NCBI GenBank assembly: GCA_965235115.1
Contig: OZ249443.1
Span: 17,112,001-17,176,000 of the forward strand
Length of the DNA stretch: 64,000 nucleotides
Source: Laetmonice hystrix
Lineage: Eukaryota
Direction of reading: 5' to 3'
A model generated the notes under the pieces. That model was given only the letters and a program-made list of their open reading frames with translations. It was not told the origin of the DNA and did not search any database. Below, one piece after another: positions 60,406 to 64,000 of this stretch. Both the position numbers and the translations under genes were made by a program. Each line of letters opens with the position of its first letter. The first letter of the stretch is position 1.

Positions 60406-63316
60406 CCGTACTGGAGTAAAGTGCTTCCACTGGGTGACCATTATACCAAACAACCACAGACATGAATCTGTATGCGTCATGGAGGCCTCTTGCAGCCTTC
60501 CAACGTCTCACAGATCCGTCTAACGTCAACTAGACCTTTCCAACGTCGCACAGACCTGTCCAGCGTCCCCATGACCTTTCCAACGTCGCACAGTCTATTG
60601 TAAGGTCCCTTAGACTCTTGTATACATACTCAAACTCTTTCAACCTGTCGGCAATCTTATGTGCTAAAACCCCCTTCAAATGTACGTACCGCCTTTCTAG
60701 TGCCTGGAGCTGCAGATTGGTTTAGGGTTCCACAGACCTCCCCCAACTACCTCTGGTGGGTCAATGCATTCTGACCCAACGTCCAACACCCTCCTACACC
60801 ACACCTTTAGACGCCTGCCAATCTCCAGAAAATAATCATTCCTCCTTTTGTTCCTCAAATATATCCTAGACCCCTCAACGTCGTTTTCTAAAACTTCGAT
60901 TCTGACACACTAATAAAGGTTTCACGAAGATCGAGAATCAGGGAATAACGTAAGACCTGGGGTCGGTTCCTCAGTCGTTGGGCAAGTCCCTTGTCTAACG
61001 TGAGCCATGAATGGACTGCTCAACCGGCCTGGACAAAACGGCTAGGCAAGGACGATGACTTTTTGGGGGTTTCAAATGTGACAAAGAAACCGGCCACAGC
61101 AGACCAAGTTACCAGTCGTCACTTAGAAAACATAAATCGACCACGGCATCTCCTTAACCAATCTTACGTCTTAATCCCTTCTACTGAGGTAACAAGTTAT
61201 GGAGAGTAGAAAGCAATCAATAACCATCATTTAAACTTCTTATTCTCTACAGAAAATGCAGGAAGGTGCATTTCTTGCTCACATAAACATGATAAAACGA
61301 CCTGTTAGGAAGGCTTGAAGACGTTTAACAATAACAATGAATCACTGTCAAGTTACATCACACAGTTAATTACATGATGAGATTCGGGACGTAACTTTTC
61401 AAGGTCGCTCGCTTTCAGCTGGCAAGAGAAAAGTGACGGCAGTTTATTTACAACAATATTTATGAATATTTCTTTTTTTTTCGGGAGTCAGCCCTGAAAA
61501 TAATTCAAAGAGCTTTTGTTGGCCGGATGCCTGATGCCACATTGCATCATCCCAAGGGACAATGATGTGAAATAGTCTTTAACAGTTTGTTGGTGTGGCA
61601 AACTACCACAAAAACCTCATCTATCTGCCATCGCAATGCATGCCAACTATAAGATTTGAAGTCCCAATCACTGAATGTTTCATGATGCAGAATTCGGCAG
61701 CATTCAACTCAATAGCCATAACAAAAATCCTTTAAAAGCCACCCGAGCTGGAAATGAAGAATTTGGGGAAGGCAAAACCAAACTAAACTCAAAAAGGGCG
61801 ATAACGAGATCTGCGCATTTTCCAAAACTTCTCAACTGACTTCGAAATGACCGTATGAATAACAGCTGACTAATACTTTCACCAGGAAATGTTTTGAGCC
61901 AGAATACGCGAAAACCCACTCATGTTTTATATTCCCAGTAAAATCATACACGGGTATAGAGGGGTTTCTTGACACCGCCAAAGGTACTGGTATGGGGTTG
62001 ACCTTCAATGACCTTACATCATGACATGCCGGTCTCCCTGCGGGTGGTGTAACCTTGTGTCCAAGTACCACACATCATTGTATCCTGTATCTCCTGTGTG
62101 CCGTTAGCCCGTCATAAGGGCCCCAACACTGCCCCCTCCTCTACTGACGGGCCCTGTCTGGTATTCCGGGTATGCTAGCAATGTGATTTAATGGCCATAA
62201 CCTAACAGCGGCTCAGGATTGCTCAGTAATCATCTGAGCTGATAAATAAACATTGCAATGATAAATAGGTGGTAAGGAGAGAGATTTACAGTTTTTGAAG
62301 AGTCAGGACACAGTTGAGTCAAAGTGGCTTGTAACCATATTTCCCTTATTCCTGAAGAGGTCTAACAGAAACTCATCTTGCTTTGTAAAGCCCTGCGGAT
62401 TTTACAAGGCAAGTGGAAAGGTCATCTTACTCTGGCTTACAGTTATCGTATCCATTCTCCTGCCTTTCGGCCTGACCTATGTACGACACCAAATCACCGT
62501 CTTAATTCTTTCTCTGTGAAAACTACTGGGACGCTATTACCACCAAGACCTTCAGTTATTCCGTCCCTTATAATAATGTTCAACTTGAAGGTTAAGGTAG
62601 GGTAACGGCACCTTACGGTTCAAAATCATTGTTATATAGGGACATTAACCCCGAGCGGTGAGAGGCACCGGCAGCGAACGCCTCAGACGGCTGGGTTACC
62701 GCCACCTCTCCCTGTATTCTCGAGTCTCAATCAGCCACTAGCCACTGGCCACAATCAGCGACTGGCCACTCCGGCCACTGGTCTGGTCACGCGGAGTCTG
62801 ACCACTCGGACTGGACGTGTCCAGTGTTAGCTCACGGTGACCTGTCGGCCCGTCTAGTGGAGCAAGGAGAGCAGTGCATCATCGCAGTCCAAGCAAGTAA
62901 CCCGGCCGGGGCTGACAAGGCCCTGAAGTGCCGCCCCAGCAGTACTTCCTATATCTACCCGACCACTTTGAGCCCGGTGACATGGCATCTGATGACCTTT
63001 CTTACTCTCCTCCCCCAGGGTTCTAGCCCTCTAACTTTCTCACAATCCCGGGGGAGGGTCCCTCAACCTGTGGGCCGTCGATAGCTAGGTGGAGACGTTT
63101 CCACCAGGACATAAACCTCACTACGATCCCTGTGTACTGATCGTGAAGAGCGGGGAGTGGTGATGTGATGACAGGTCACCATTTATCATTTCATCCAAAC
63201 CGAAATCCCTGCTGACCACAAAATATAGCCATTCAGACCCTGTCTAACATCTGCCAATCAATCCGTAACTCTCAATACAAAAAACTTGCAATTCTCTTCA
63301 GGAATTTGGAACTTTC

Positions 63317-63520
63317 GGATTTCGTATGTATCAAAATAAAAGCTCAACTGGATTCCGTATGTATCAAAATAAAAGCTCAAGTGGATTCCGAATGTATCAA
63401 AATAAAAGCTCAAGTGGATTCCGTATGTATCAAAATAAAAGCTCAACTGGATTCCGTATGTATCAAAATAAAAGCTCAACTGAATTTCGTATGTATCAAA
63501 ATAAAAGCTCAAGTGGATTC
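63317..63520. repeat. Minisatellite, 33 bp unit, ~6 copies
   Basis: ggattccgtatgtatcaaaataaaagctcaact/agt. Explains ORFs 63258..63583. Confidence 0.96.
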
Positions 63521-64000
63521 CTCCTTAGTGACTTTAATTACAGACTTCCTGAATTTGATGCGACATGGTACTACATAATTTAAAATGAAAATTCAATTAT
63601 ACTTAATCATTCTAATCCAAATTTAATTCCTTATACGAGTCCAACTAAAAGCACTTTCCAGGTCTGGTTCTGTATTTTCCTTAAACTGTAGTGATAGATA
63701 GGTTTCTCCCAACATACACTCAATCTGTGATCGTCTTAATCGAGTTTAAAACGTATACCTTAAACTAGGTTGTCTGGAAACCAGTTTGGATTCTAAACGC
63801 CAGTACATCGTCTTCACTCATATTATAAACATCTGCATTCGACTAACATCTACAGTCTAATAAATTATTACAAATACGATTCGACAGTCCCTTTGGGACT
63901 AGTTAAATCTGAATTACAAGCTGCTCCTCAAGAAAAACAGTCAAGAATATTGGAATATCTTGAGGTGTATATCAATCTGCTGTGATAAACTTTGAATTTC

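Noticed and set aside
62380-62520. GIY-YIG-like SYIGQAERQ on the minus strand
   Set aside because: Single short motif among stops, with no accompanying Penelope RT.

Overview
Eukaryotic (metazoan, probably bilaterian invertebrate) genomic DNA, not prokaryotic. I can support only two protein-coding pieces. (1) The 3' end of an ankyrin-repeat/SOCS-box (ASB-type) gene on the + strand (1..918, frame open from base 1). (2) One 61-nt internal exon of an EVI5-like Rab-GAP gene on the - strand (5927..5867, xLEKEYNALKTKEQEDQVELR, with a textbook acceptor and donor). I found neither the preceding nor the following EVI5 exon. So ~58 kb of the window appears to be one giant intron, and the ASB exon appears nested antisense in the next intron. 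The most interesting signal: every perfect YAG|GTRAGT junction I could find by eye (23531/2, 48014/5, 58361/2) lies on the EVI5 sense strand, behind a pyrimidine tract and spaced 10-25 kb apart. This is the signature of recursive-splicing ratchet points. Near the exon there is also a cluster of candidate microexons and a poison exon (6.8-7.7 kb). The rest is ~20 minisatellite arrays (17-102 bp units) that explain almost all long ORFs in the track, several hairpin/MITE-like elements, CTCF-like motifs mostly in one orientation, and non-repetitive tracts that may be decayed mobile or viral DNA but that I could not assign. All homology calls come from recalled motifs; no database search was run.
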